DNA of 64,000 nucleotides from an uncultured Acetobacteraceae bacterium (GTDB lineage Bacteria; Pseudomonadota; Alphaproteobacteria; Acetobacterales; Acetobacteraceae): NCBI GenBank assembly GCA_964249235.1, contig CAXUBM010000001.1, positions 11 to 64,010 of the forward strand, read 5' to 3'. Shown piece by piece: positions 55,340 to 64,000 of this stretch (position 1 is its first letter; each line of letters starts with the position of its first letter). The notes under the pieces were generated by a model. It saw only the letters and a program-made list of their open reading frames with translations, ran no database searches and was not told where the DNA came from. The position numbers and the translations under genes were made by a program.

Positions 55340-56277
55340 GTTCGCGCGTCCCGTTGCTGCTCCTCCTCCTGTCCGCCGTCCTTTACGTCGGGGCGGCGCT
55401 CGCCACCCGCTCGGCCGCGCAGCTCGCGCCCGGCGCTCTGATCGGCCTGTCGGAGCGCGCCGTGGCGCTCGGGATCGTCTCGCTGGGTCAGACGATGGTG
55501 ATCCTGTGCGGGTCCATCGACCTTTCGGTGGGCAGCACGATCAGCGTCGCGGCGGTGCTCGCTTCCCTGATCATGGCCGGCCGGCCGATCATGATTGCTC
55601 CGGCGGTCGCCGCCGTTCTGCTGGTCTCGGCGGCGGTGGGAGCGGTCAACGGCCTGCTCATCGCCCGCCTGCGTGTCAGCCCGCTGATCGCCACCCTGGC
55701 CTTCGGGCTGATGATCCAGGGCGTGCTGTCCTCCACCTTCAAGGATTTCGCCGGCTCCGTACCGGAATCCTTCGAGGCGGTCGCCTATGGCGCGATCGGT
55801 CCGGTGCCCTGGTCGGTGGTCGCCCTCGGCGGGCTGATCATCGCGGGCGCGGTGCTTCTGCGCGCCACCCGCTTCGGGGCGCATCTGTATGCCGTGGGGG
55901 GGAATGCCGCCGCCGCGCGCATGGCGGGAATCAGGACCGGGCGCGTTCTGGTCACCGCCCACGTGCTGTGCAGCACCATGGCCGGGCTGACCGGCCTTTA
56001 CCTCGCCAGCCGGCTGCGGTCCGGCGCGCCCTGGATCGGCCGCGACGGGGTGTATGACCTCGAATCGATCGCAGTGGTGGTGGTCGGCGGCAACCTGCTC
56101 GCCGGCGGGCGCGGCGGCGTTTGGGGCACCGTCGCGGGCGTCCTGTTCTTCGCCGTGCTCGACTCGCTGTTCAACATGCTCGACGTCTCGGCCTATCCCA
56201 AGCAGCTTCTCCGCGGCCTGATCGTCGTCGCCGCCGTGGCCGCCACCTCGCTGCGCAGCCGCGAGAGCGTCGCTTGA
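55336..56277 (+). CDS. sugar ABC transporter permease
   Basis: 313 aa and polytopic. Contains GSIDLSVGST. Confidence 0.9.
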   Translation: MSSRVPLLLLLLSAVLYVGAALATRSAAQLAPGALIGLSERAVALGIVSLGQTMVILCGSIDLSVGSTISVAAVLASLIMAGRPIMIAPAVAAVLLVSAAVGAVNGLLIARLRVSPLIATLAFGLMIQGVLSSTFKDFAGSVPESFEAVAYGAIGPVPWSVVALGGLIIAGAVLLRATRFGAHLYAVGGNAAAARMAGIRTGRVLVTAHVLCSTMAGLTGLYLASRLRSGAPWIGRDGVYDLESIAVVVVGGNLLAGGRGGVWGTVAGVLFFAVLDSLFNMLDVSAYPKQLLRGLIVVAAVAATSLRSRESVA

Positions 56278-57281
56278 GAGGCGGCGCGAGCGGCACGCCG
56301 CGCTTCCTGCCGTTCGCCGGGCGGATCGCCGAGCGGCGCATCCTCGCCCGTGTCAATGCCGGGCTGGCCCTGTTCGTGGTGCTCTACGCGGTCGTGGGCA
56401 TTCTTCAGCCCTTCTATCTCGAACCGCCCGCCTTTCTCAATTTCCTGCGCCGCTCGGCGCCGCTCGCGGTTCTGGCCTCCGGCCAGCTTTTCGTGCTCGT
56501 CACCGGCGGCTTCGACCTGTCCGCGGGGTCGACAGCCACCCTGACCGTGATCGGCGCCTCCATGCTCACCGACGGCCAGCCGGGGCGGACGGGGCTGGCG
56601 GTCGCCGCCCTCTACGCGATCGGCCTGGCGGTCGGGCTCTGCAACGGGCTTGCCGTGACCCTGCTCAGGGTACCGTCCATCATCGCCACTCTCGGCATGC
56701 TGCTGTCCCTGAACGGCCTGGCCCTGTGGTGGTGCGGAGGGTCGCCGCGAGGCTACCTCCCGGACAATTTCCGCATGTTCGGCCGCCTGACTCTGCACGG
56801 GGTGCCGGTACTCGGGATCTTCCCGATCGCCGTCGCCGTGCTCGCCGCGGTCGCGGGCGGCGCCTGGTGGCTCCTGCACCGGACGGTCTTCGGCCGGCTC
56901 GTTCTCGCCGTGGGCGACAATGCGCGCGCGGCCGAACTGGCCGGCGTTCCCGTCCGTGCCACCCGGGTCGCCGTGTTCGTGCTGTCTTCCCTGTCGGCGG
57001 TCACGGCGGGGATCATGCTCGGCGGCTTCGGCGGCGTGTCCGTCGACGTGGGCGCCGGGCTCGAGCTGCAGGCGATCGCCGCCTGCGTGATCGGCGGGGC
57101 GCGGCTGATGGGCGGCCGCGGCACGGTGGTCGGGGCGGTGTCGGGGGCACTCGCGCTGTTCTCCCTATTCACGCTGCTCAATCTTCTCGGACTGCCGCAG
57201 GCCTTGCGCGACACCGCGCAGGGCCTGGTCCTGATCGCCGCGGCGGCTTCCGGCGCACGCGGGACCACGCGTCAGACGTGA
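56274..57281 (+). CDS. sugar ABC transporter permease (second subunit)
   Basis: Start provisionally set to the TTG at 56274 (TTGA overlap). Contains GGFDLSAGST and is polytopic. Confidence 0.75.
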   Translation: MRGGASGTPRFLPFAGRIAERRILARVNAGLALFVVLYAVVGILQPFYLEPPAFLNFLRRSAPLAVLASGQLFVLVTGGFDLSAGSTATLTVIGASMLTDGQPGRTGLAVAALYAIGLAVGLCNGLAVTLLRVPSIIATLGMLLSLNGLALWWCGGSPRGYLPDNFRMFGRLTLHGVPVLGIFPIAVAVLAAVAGGAWWLLHRTVFGRLVLAVGDNARAAELAGVPVRATRVAVFVLSSLSAVTAGIMLGGFGGVSVDVGAGLELQAIAACVIGGARLMGGRGTVVGAVSGALALFSLFTLLNLLGLPQALRDTAQGLVLIAAAASGARGTTRQT

Positions 57282-57342
57282 GTTGCCTAAACGGCGGTCA
57301 ACGTTGCAAGATCAGGACAAAACCTTGGGGGATACGACCATC

Positions 57343-58473
57343 ATGCGGCCGCTCCTGTTCTCTGCCTTTTTGTGCGGCGCAGCCCTGGCCTTCGCGGCGG
57401 GCGCCAACGCGCAGGCCTTCGACCAGGCCAAGTTCGATTACGCGCAGAAGCTGCTCGCGATGACGCCGCAGGGTCCGGCCGGCAAGCCCTGGATACAGAA
57501 TCTGGGCGGCCAGGATGTCGACACCAGCCGCTATAAGAAGCCCGGTCCCTATGACGTCTGTTTCTCCAATGCCGGCGTCGACAACCCCTGGCGCGTCGTC
57601 GGCTGGACCGACATGCAGGCGCAGGTCCAGCTTCTCAAGGCCGACATCAAGTCTTTCCGTGCGGCTGACGCGGAAGGCAAGGACGACAAGCAGGTCTCCG
57701 ACATCGGGTCGTTCGTCAGCAGTCACAAATGCGACGTGCTGATCGTCTCGCCCAACACCACCGCTGCGCTGACGCCGGCCATCGAGGCCGCCTGCAAGCA
57801 GCTTCCGGTGGTCGTGTTCGACCGCGGCGTGCTGACCAGATGCCCGGTCACTTTCGTCAATCCGATCGGCGGCTATGGCTGGGGAATCGTGACGGCGAAC
57901 TTCATCGCCGAGCACCTGCCGGAGGGCGGCAAGGTCCTGGCGCTGCGCATCCTGCCGGGCGTGGACGTGCTGGAGGACCGCTGGGCGGCGGCGGATCACA
58001 TCTTCAAGCTGCACGGCGTGAACGTCGTGGGCGCGGAGTTCACCAGCGGCGACAACGCCAAGACCAAAAGCGTCGTCGAGGACTACATCAATCGTTACGG
58101 CAAGATCGACGCGATCTGGATGGACGCGGGTGCGACGGCGGTCGCGGCCCTCGAAGCCTTCGAGGACAACGGCCAGCCCTACCCGATCGTCACCGGCGAA
58201 GACCAGATGGACTTCCTGCTCAAGTGGAAGCAGCAGCACCTGACCGCCATCGCCCCGTCCTATCCCACCTATCAGTGGCGATCGCCGGTCATCGCCGCCG
58301 TCCGGCTGCTCAAGGGCGAGCCGATTATCGGCCCGACGTGGAAACTGCCTCAGCCGACGATCACGCAGGCCACGCTCGATCGCTATGTCGATCCGAAGAT
58401 GCCGCCGCTCTTCTATGCGATGTGCGGCTGCCAGGACATGCCGGGCTTTCCCCAGAAATGGGGCGGGAAGTAG
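57343..58473 (+). CDS. sugar ABC transporter substrate-binding protein
   Basis: Start re-set to MRPLLFSAFLCGAALAFAAGANA (signal peptide). Periplasmic-binding-protein pattern. Confidence 0.8.
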   Translation: MRPLLFSAFLCGAALAFAAGANAQAFDQAKFDYAQKLLAMTPQGPAGKPWIQNLGGQDVDTSRYKKPGPYDVCFSNAGVDNPWRVVGWTDMQAQVQLLKADIKSFRAADAEGKDDKQVSDIGSFVSSHKCDVLIVSPNTTAALTPAIEAACKQLPVVVFDRGVLTRCPVTFVNPIGGYGWGIVTANFIAEHLPEGGKVLALRILPGVDVLEDRWAAADHIFKLHGVNVVGAEFTSGDNAKTKSVVEDYINRYGKIDAIWMDAGATAVAALEAFEDNGQPYPIVTGEDQMDFLLKWKQQHLTAIAPSYPTYQWRSPVIAAVRLLKGEPIIGPTWKLPQPTITQATLDRYVDPKMPPLFYAMCGCQDMPGFPQKWGGK

Positions 58474-58477
58474 CGCG

Positions 58478-59347
58478 TCAGCCGAAAACGCGGCGCAGGT
58501 GGGCGAGGCCGTCGATAGCCAGACGGTCCTCGCTTTCCGCCAGATCACGCCAGAGTGCCACCGCGCGCGCGATGCTCCTGATGTTCGGGTTGAAGGCCTC
58601 GATCACCACCGGTCCCGAAAAGCCGATCTCGTCGAGGGCGGTTCGGATCTCGTTCCACGGCAGGTGATCGTCGCCCGGCGTGCCCCGGTCGCTCGCGCAG
58701 GCGTGGAACTCGAAGACGCGCGCCCCGGCCTGGCGCAGCGCGCGCGGGATATCCTTCTCCTCGATGTTCATGTGGAACGTGTCGAGCAGCAACCCGAGAC
58801 TGTCGCTGCCGACCGCACGGCACATTTCGAGCGCCTGCTCGGTCGTGTTGACCAGGTCGGTCTCGAACCGGTTGATCGGTTCCATCGCCAGCCGGACACC
58901 CCTTGCCTCGGCCTGCCCGACGACGCGCGACAGGCTGTCGACCGCGCGCCCGCGCTGCGCCGCCCGCGCGACGCGGTCGAGTAGCCGGGCGTTGCCGACG
59001 CAGCTATGCATTGGGCCTGACACGAGAGGGGCGCCGAGGGCGCCCGCGATCTCCACGCAACGCGCGAGATACTGCCGCGCGTTGGCGCGGACCGCCTCGT
59101 CCTCGGCGCTCATGTCCCGATCAGGCCCGAACGCGCCGCATACCGTGACGCCAAGCCCGGCCGTCTCCAGGCGGCGGGCGATCGCGTCCGTGTCGATCGT
59201 GTCGGGATCCTCGACGCAGATCTCGATCAGGTCGAAGCCGAGATCACGGACCTTGCCGATCAGGTCCAGCGTCGCGCCCGAAAACGGCGAGACCCAGATG
59301 AACGTGCTGGCGCCGAGCTTTCTGCCGCGTCGCGCGCCCTCCACCAT
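58478..59347 (-). CDS. sugar phosphate isomerase/epimerase (xylose-isomerase-like TIM barrel)
   Basis: Start re-set to the ATG at 59347. Contains FDLIEICVEDP, LAMEPINRFET and FHACASDRG. Confidence 0.8.
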   Translation of the reverse strand: MVEGARRGRKLGASTFIWVSPFSGATLDLIGKVRDLGFDLIEICVEDPDTIDTDAIARRLETAGLGVTVCGAFGPDRDMSAEDEAVRANARQYLARCVEIAGALGAPLVSGPMHSCVGNARLLDRVARAAQRGRAVDSLSRVVGQAEARGVRLAMEPINRFETDLVNTTEQALEMCRAVGSDSLGLLLDTFHMNIEEKDIPRALRQAGARVFEFHACASDRGTPGDDHLPWNEIRTALDEIGFSGPVVIEAFNPNIRSIARAVALWRDLAESEDRLAIDGLAHLRRVFG

Positions 59348-59421
59348 CGGCCGCCTCCGGTCCCCTCGTGCGTGGCCAATCGTGCGCCCGGGGCGGTCGT
59401 CCGGCAAGAACGAAGGCTCGG

Positions 59422-59511
59422 CGTAGCAATCCTGTCCTGCTGCATGCTGAGGATCTCCGGATCGCCTCCCAGGTTGCCGATCAGCTCGACGCGGTGGACG
59501 AACATGTCCAT
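59422..59511 (-). pseudogene. single-stranded DNA-binding protein N-terminal fragment
   Basis: VHRVELIGNLGGDPEI matches the SSB N-terminal 'V.LIGNLG.DPE' signature. The similarity ends after ~30 codons. Confidence 0.35.
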
Positions 59512-60037
59512 GATCTCATTCCTTGATTTCTCAATTGTGAGAAGGCGGTGTCCCGGAAACCGTGCCGGGCGTTGTCCTCTCGGATGCGGTCGAAGAAAGC
59601 CGGAAAGCTAGACCGAGCGGCTCCTTGCGGGAGCGCAGCGATGCGGCAGCGCTGCGAGCCGTAGGCGCCGTGTCTTGCACGCCGGGATGCGGAAGCGGGA
59701 CAGGACCCGGCTTGGCCACCGGCAGCACTCGTGAGAGAACCGGTGGTAGGGGCCTGAGCGGGATCGGGCAGGCATCGCGCTGGAGGATCGGTCGCGCTCC
59801 AGGATCTCCAGCGTGTGTTCGCGGTTGCTTATGCCGAGCGCTTCGGCGCGAGCGATGCAACGCAGGGCGACCTCGCGCGGCGGCGTCCTCCAGGAAGCCT
59901 CGTGCGCCCCTGCGCCAGCATCATAAACGCCAGGGCAGGCCGGCATCGGTCGGTTCAGGGTCGAGCGGTGGTCCACCGTTGTGGCCCGACATCGGGTCAG
60001 CCATCCGGGCGGGCCGGTCCAAGTCGCGATCAGGACG

Positions 60038-60784
60038 CTAGATCATTTGTCTTGAAGGCAGGGTTCCTTCATTGCTGACCTCTGCAATAGGGCGCTTAAA
60101 AAGCTCCTTCAGCAAGGATGCCACGGCTTCCGGCCTCTCGATCGGAGGAAGATGACCGCAGTCGGGAATCACGTGAAGCGTTGATGCAGGCGTGAGCGTG
60201 TGGATCTCTAGGGACAGCCCGACGGGTGTCATGCGGTCGTCCGAACCGACAATCACCGCGGCTGGAACGACGATGCGCCTTAGTACTTCGCGCAGATCAC
60301 CGCGCGCCATGACGGCACGGTTCTGCCGAATGTAGGTTTTGGAACCAACTCGAACGCTCATTTCCGCCAGCTCAGTGCGAACGAGGTTTGACGCCGATGC
60401 ATGAACAAGCTTGCCGAGGCTGCCTTCCGCCAGCCGCCTGAAGTCGCCGCTGATCCCGACGACGGCGTTGGTCAAGTGGCGGTATACCTTCTGCTCCCAG
60501 GGATCAGGCCGGGCCATCGTATCCACAAGCGCCAGTCGTGTTACGCGCTCGGGCGCGATCCTCACCATCTCCAGCGCCACCATCCCGCCCATCGAAAGGC
60601 CGGCCAAGCCGAAGTGCGGCGGTGCTTGGTCGAGAATGCGGCGCGCCATACCCACCAGGGTGTCGTCAGTGAGCGTATCGCCTACATGACAGCGGACTTC
60701 GTCGCCCAACGCCGTGATCGTCCGCCGCCACACGGCCGCATCGCTGCCGAGCCCCGGCACCAGAACGAGAGTTTGCGTTGCCAT
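60038..60784 (-). CDS. alpha/beta hydrolase
   Basis: Start re-set to MATQTLVLVPGLGSD. Nucleophile elbow GLSMGG. C-terminal His in DCGHLPP. Confidence 0.8.
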   Translation of the reverse strand: MATQTLVLVPGLGSDAAVWRRTITALGDEVRCHVGDTLTDDTLVGMARRILDQAPPHFGLAGLSMGGMVALEMVRIAPERVTRLALVDTMARPDPWEQKVYRHLTNAVVGISGDFRRLAEGSLGKLVHASASNLVRTELAEMSVRVGSKTYIRQNRAVMARGDLREVLRRIVVPAAVIVGSDDRMTPVGLSLEIHTLTPASTLHVIPDCGHLPPIERPEAVASLLKELFKRPIAEVSNEGTLPSRQMI

Positions 60785-60818
60785 GTGAGCCGCCTTGACC
60801 AAACAGGCCAAGCCGTAC

Positions 60819-60840
60819 ACCTTCAACTACGGTTGAAGGT
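60819..60840. promoter_or_regulatory. inverted repeat ACCTTCAAC-TACG-GTTGAAGGT (candidate MerR-type operator)
   Basis: Perfect 9-bp arms in the 63-bp divergent region between the hydrolase and the MerR gene. TTGACC lies upstream at 60795-60800. Confidence 0.5.
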
Positions 60841-60847
60841 CAAGAGC

Positions 60848-61213
60848 ATGCGCATAGGCGAGCTCGCAAAGCGGGGCAGCGTCAGCACATCGAAGATCCG
60901 CTTCTACGAAGCTCACGGCCTCCTGTCGTCTGCCACGCGTCTTGCGAACGGCTACCGCGACTATGACGGATATGACCTTCAGGTTCTTACCTTCATCGGT
61001 CGAGCTCAAAGCCTTGGGTTTACTCTCTCCGAGATTGCCACGCACCTGAGCTCGCCCGAGAAGGTCGGGCGCAAGGCGCAGCTACAGGCCCGACTTCAAG
61101 CCAAGCTGGCCGAGTTGGACGCTCACCTGGAGGAGGTGCGGATCCGTCGCGCGGTGATCTCGAGCCTAATCGAGGAGATCCGGGCGCTCGCGCCGCTTGA
61201 ATTGAGGTCTTGA
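60848..61213 (+). CDS. MerR-family transcriptional regulator
   Basis: Start re-set to the ATG at 60848. MRIGELAKRGSVSTSKIRFYEAHGLL...GYRDY is a canonical MerR HTH. 121 aa. Confidence 0.85.
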   Translation: MRIGELAKRGSVSTSKIRFYEAHGLLSSATRLANGYRDYDGYDLQVLTFIGRAQSLGFTLSEIATHLSSPEKVGRKAQLQARLQAKLAELDAHLEEVRIRRAVISSLIEEIRALAPLELRS

Positions 61214-61225
61214 TCGCAAAAGCGT

Positions 61226-61496
61226 GTGCTCTGCACGCCATCTTTGGACCACCCGAAGGTAGAGCTTTCAGAGGAGCCACGGGGCCTCAATTCGGTCGAC
61301 CCGCAGGGCAGCGATGAAGGGCATCGTGTTCCAATGGCCCCACGGCACCTTGGATCGCAGCCTGGCGCCGCGCGGTGCCAGCCGCGGAGCGGCGCCATGT
61401 TGGAGGGGCCACTGCGCTCGCTGCCGGGCGACATGCCGCCGTTCTTGACCGCGCCACCACGCGGTCCCGCAGATCCATCGAATAAGGTCGCGCCAT
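61226..61496 (-). pseudogene. IS630-family transposase remnant (internally deleted, frameshifted)
   Basis: MARPYSMDLRDRVVA is a typical IS630 N-terminus. NMAPLRGW and PRGARLRSKVPWGHWNTMPFIAALRVDRIEAP occur in other frames. Confidence 0.55.
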
Positions 61497-61582
61497 GCAT
61501 GCTGGCCGCCAACCAGCCTGCATGTCGAATTAGATCGAACCCAATTCGGGATTGCAGATCCGACTCGGGCTGAAGCCATCCT

Positions 61583-62854
61583 CTAGACGATGCCGCCGCC
61601 ACCGCCCTTGCGCTTGGGGCGAGTGGTGGCGGACGCGGCGCGGTAGGCGCTGGCGCGGTAGGTGGCGAGCGGGTCGATGGCGCTGCCGCGGCGCTGCCTG
61701 ACGGTGGCCAGGACTGGGCCGACGTCGGTTGTGAAGGCGCGCTTGAGGAGCTGGTTGGCGATCATGGCGTCGTTGTCGGACTGGGCCGCGTCGAGCGCGG
61801 CGCGGTCGACGAGGAGGGCCTGGGCGTAGGCGCGCTGGATTTCAACGACCGAGGCGATCAGACTCTCGATCGGGTCGGTCACGTTATGGGACTGGTCGAT
61901 CATGTAGGAGGGTGCGTGGGCGAAGCGGCCGTCGCGCTCGGCGTCGACGAGTTCGTTGAAGACGAGGAAGAGGCGGAACGGATCGATGGCGCCGGCGTCG
62001 AGGTCGTCATCGCCATATTTGGAGTCGTTGAAGTGGAAACCGGCCAGCTTGCGGGCGTGCAGCAGGCGGGCGACGATCATCTCGATGTTGACGTTGGGCG
62101 CGTGGTGGCCGAGGTCGACGAGGCAGAGGGCCTGGGCGCCCACTTCCTGGGCGGCGAGCAGGGAGGAGCCCCAGTCCTGGATGACGGTGCTGTAGAAGGC
62201 GGGCTCGTAAATCTTGTGTTCGAGGTAGACGTGCCAGTCGGGAGGCAGGGCGGCCGCGATCTGCCTGACGCTGTCGATGTAGCGGTCGAAGGCGCGGGCG
62301 AAGTGGGACTGGCCGGGGAAATTGGACCCGTCGCCGATCCAGATGGTCAGCGCCTTGGCGCCGAGCTTCTGCCCGGCTTCGACGCAGGCGATGTTGTGCG
62401 CGACGGCCTGGGCGCGGACGGCGGCGTCGGTATGGGAGAGGGAGCCGTATTTGTATGACAGAGGATGGGCGCCGTGGTCGGGGTGGTCCTGGAAGGTGTT
62501 GGAGTTGACGGCGTCGAAGCCGACGCCGCGGGTCTCGGCGTAGCAGCGCAGCTCGGCGTAGTCGGAGACTTCGTCCCAGGGGAAGTGGGGGGAGATGGTG
62601 GGCGTGGCGCCGGTGAGGCGGTTGATGACGGCGCAGTCGTCGATCTTGTCGTAGACCGTGGCCGGCTCGCCGTCACCGGGGAAGCGGGCGAAGCGGGTGC
62701 CGCCGGTGCCGGTGCCCCAGGAGGGCAGGGCGACGGCGAAGCCGGCGACCTTGCGGGCGACGTCTTCGACGTCGATGCCGCGGCGGTCGAGCTGTTCTCC
62801 GAGCACGGCGAAGTCGCGTGCGGTTTCGGCTTCGAGCGTGCGGATCCGGTTCAT
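61583..62854 (-). CDS. rhaI: L-rhamnose catabolism isomerase (rhizobial/Pseudomonas stutzeri type)
   Basis: Start re-set to MNRIRTLE (ATG at 62854). Contains ALPSWGTGTGGTRFARFPG and LVDLGHHAPNVNIE. Confidence 0.85.
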   Translation of the reverse strand: MNRIRTLEAETARDFAVLGEQLDRRGIDVEDVARKVAGFAVALPSWGTGTGGTRFARFPGDGEPATVYDKIDDCAVINRLTGATPTISPHFPWDEVSDYAELRCYAETRGVGFDAVNSNTFQDHPDHGAHPLSYKYGSLSHTDAAVRAQAVAHNIACVEAGQKLGAKALTIWIGDGSNFPGQSHFARAFDRYIDSVRQIAAALPPDWHVYLEHKIYEPAFYSTVIQDWGSSLLAAQEVGAQALCLVDLGHHAPNVNIEMIVARLLHARKLAGFHFNDSKYGDDDLDAGAIDPFRLFLVFNELVDAERDGRFAHAPSYMIDQSHNVTDPIESLIASVVEIQRAYAQALLVDRAALDAAQSDNDAMIANQLLKRAFTTDVGPVLATVRQRRGSAIDPLATYRASAYRAASATTRPKRKGGGGGIV

Positions 62855-62884
62855 GGCGGGCTCACGGGAGCTGTTGGCAGCAAG

Positions 62885-62985
62885 GCCGGGGGCGTTGCCC
62901 CTGGAGTCCACGCAAGGCTTCGCCCTCGAAACCCAAGGGTCTGGGGGCAGGCCCCCAGCGGGTCCAGGGCAGCGCCCTGGCCTTC
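62885..62985. repeat. REP-like element, three tandem GC-rich hairpins
   Basis: GGGGC-GTT-GCCCC at 62889-62901, CTGGGGG-CAGG-CCCCCAG at 62941-62958 and CCAGGGC-AGC-GCCCTGG at 62964-62980, all between rhaD and rhaI. Confidence 0.5.
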
Positions 62986-62995
62986 CCTGACCGAC

Positions 62996-64000
62996 TCACC
63001 GGCTGAAGGCCGGCGCGTGGCCGGCGTCGACGTTGATGATATTGCCGGTGGATTTGCCGGAGCGGCGCTCGTCGGCGAAGAAGGCGATGCTTTCGGCGAT
63101 GTCCTCGGGATAGACGCCGCGCTTGAGCATGGAGCGTTCGACGTAGACGCGCTCGAGGTCCTCGCGGGTGGTCTTGTTGGATGCGGCTCGCTGGTCGCCC
63201 CATTCGCCCTGCCAGATGCGCGAGCCGCGCAGCACGGCGTCAGGGTTGACGACGTTGGCGCGGATGCCGTGGGGGGCGCCCTCGAGAGCGAGGCAGCGGG
63301 ACAGGTGGAGTTCGGAGGCCTTGGCGACGCAATAGGCGGCGGCGCCGGGAGAGGCGACCATGGCGTTCTTGGACGCGACGAGGACGACCGAGCCGCCGGT
63401 GCCCTGGTCCTTCATCAGGCGGAAGGCCTCGCGGGTGACGAGGAAGTAGCCGGTGGCGAGAATGGAGATGTTTCGGTTCCAGAGGGCGAGGCTGGTGTCC
63501 TCGAGCGGGGCGGCCGATGCGATGCCGGCGTTGGAGACGCAGATGTCGACGCCGCCGAAGGCGATGGCGGCGTTGCTGTAGAGGTCGGCGATCGCGGCCT
63601 CGTCGGTGACGTCGGCCCAGAGGCCGATGGCGGCGTCGCGGCCGAAGGCGGCCTGCAGGCTCGCTTCGGCGCCGGCGAGAACCTCGCGGTCGATGTCGCA
63701 GAGGACAACAGCGGCGCCGTCGGCGGCGAGGCGGCGGGCGGTGGCCATGCCGATGCCGCCGGCGCCGCCGGTGATGAGTGCCACCTTGCCGGCGAGCGCG
63801 CGGGCTTTGGGCATGCGCTGGAGCTTGGCTTCCTCGAGCAGCCAATATTCGATGTCGAAGGCTTCCTGCTCGGGCAGGCCGCGGTAGGTGGAGACCGAGG
63901 CGGCGCCGCGCATGACGTTGATGGCGTTGACGTAGAACTCGGCGGCGATGCGCGCGGTGGCCTTGTCGGCGGCGAAGGTGATCATGCCGACGCCGGGGAT
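62996..64000 (-). CDS. rhaD: bifunctional rhamnulose-1-phosphate aldolase/short-chain dehydrogenase, C-terminal part (5' end outside window)
   Basis: SDR domain with ITGGAGGIG and YCVAKAS. The reading frame stays open to the window edge. Adjacent to rhaI as in rhizobial rha loci. Confidence 0.8.
   Translation of the reverse strand: MPGVGMITFAADKATARIAAEFYVNAINVMRGAASVSTYRGLPEQEAFDIEYWLLEEAKLQRMPKARALAGKVALITGGAGGIGMATARRLAADGAAVVLCDIDREVLAGAEASLQAAFGRDAAIGLWADVTDEAAIADLYSNAAIAFGGVDICVSNAGIASAAPLEDTSLALWNRNISILATGYFLVTREAFRLMKDQGTGGSVVLVASKNAMVASPGAAAYCVAKASELHLSRCLALEGAPHGIRANVVNPDAVLRGSRIWQGEWGDQRAASNKTTREDLERVYVERSMLKRGVYPEDIAESIAFFADERRSGKSTGNIINVDAGHAPAFSR

Noticed and set aside
59562-60041. 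ORFs of 159 aa (plus strand) and 122 aa (minus strand, 59608-59976) in the gap before the alpha/beta hydrolase gene.
   Set aside because: They overlap each other and are Arg/Ala/Pro-rich. They have no RBS or motif support. The region looks like degraded DNA in the mosaic junction.
31140-61496. Hypothesis that the two IS630 fragments (31.1-31.5 kb on the plus strand, 61.2-61.5 kb on the minus strand) are halves of one element split by a ~30-kb inversion.
   Set aside because: The orientation is compatible. However, both fragments appear to contain the same central region of the transposase (VPHGHW..TF-like stretch: VTAGKQWGRTVSL versus VPWGHWNTMPFIAAL). They are therefore more likely two independent decayed copies.
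1-64000. Looked for CRISPR arrays, tRNA/rRNA genes, toxin-antitoxin pairs and classical defence-system signatures.
   Set aside because: I saw no regularly spaced direct repeats, no cloverleaf-like or rRNA-like segments, and no small paired ORFs outside the assigned operons.

Overview
High-GC (alphaproteobacterial, Rhizobiales-like) chromosomal window. All calls come from reading the sequence and ORF track and recalling family motifs. No BLAST or HMM searches were run.

(1) nt 1-45 carry a homopolymer run followed by an exact Illumina P5 adapter. This contig end is an assembly or library artefact.

(2) nt ~2.3-31.0 kb hold a complete imp-type type VI secretion system (T6SS) in three transcription blocks:
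- Minus strand: tssA-tssB-tssC-tssC paralog(impD)-tagJ-tssE-tssF-tssG, followed by three non-core genes (a pseudo-caspase/PG-binding protein, a haem-c DUF3365-HAMP protein and a soluble Ser/Thr kinase).
- Plus strand: clpV, an HExxH metallopeptidase-like gene, hcp and a Cys/His hydrolase-like gene.
- Minus strand: lipoprotein-vgrG-unknown-fha-tssK-tssL-tssM-tagF-pppA.
No TssJ or PAAR gene is recognisable. The island is bracketed by decayed IS5-family and IS630-family transposase remnants.

(3) nt ~31.7-59.3 kb carry three CUT2-type sugar ABC transporter loci with LacI and RpiR regulators. They are accompanied by catabolic enzymes: rbsK, deoC, two FGGY kinases, an SDR, a cupin-type PGI, a KDPG aldolase, dehydrogenases, an amidohydrolase and an epimerase.

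(4) nt 59.35-61.6 kb are a small mosaic junction: an ssb fragment, a divergent MerR and alpha/beta hydrolase pair, and an IS630 remnant.

(5) nt 61.6-64.0 kb carry rhizobial-type rhamnose genes (rhaI and a partial rhaD).

The most interesting items are:
- the three-gene sensory module fused to the tssG end of the T6SS operon;
- two small orphan candidate effectors flanking hcp with no adjacent immunity genes;
- an unknown gene translationally coupled between vgrG and fha;
- a 15-bp palindrome shared by two sugar-operon control regions;
- a REP-like hairpin family, one copy of which encodes the C-terminal tail of PppA.

Many ORF-track entries are over-extended or are GC-rich antisense shadow ORFs. 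Starts were re-set where 4-nt start/stop overlaps and homologue-like N-termini support it.
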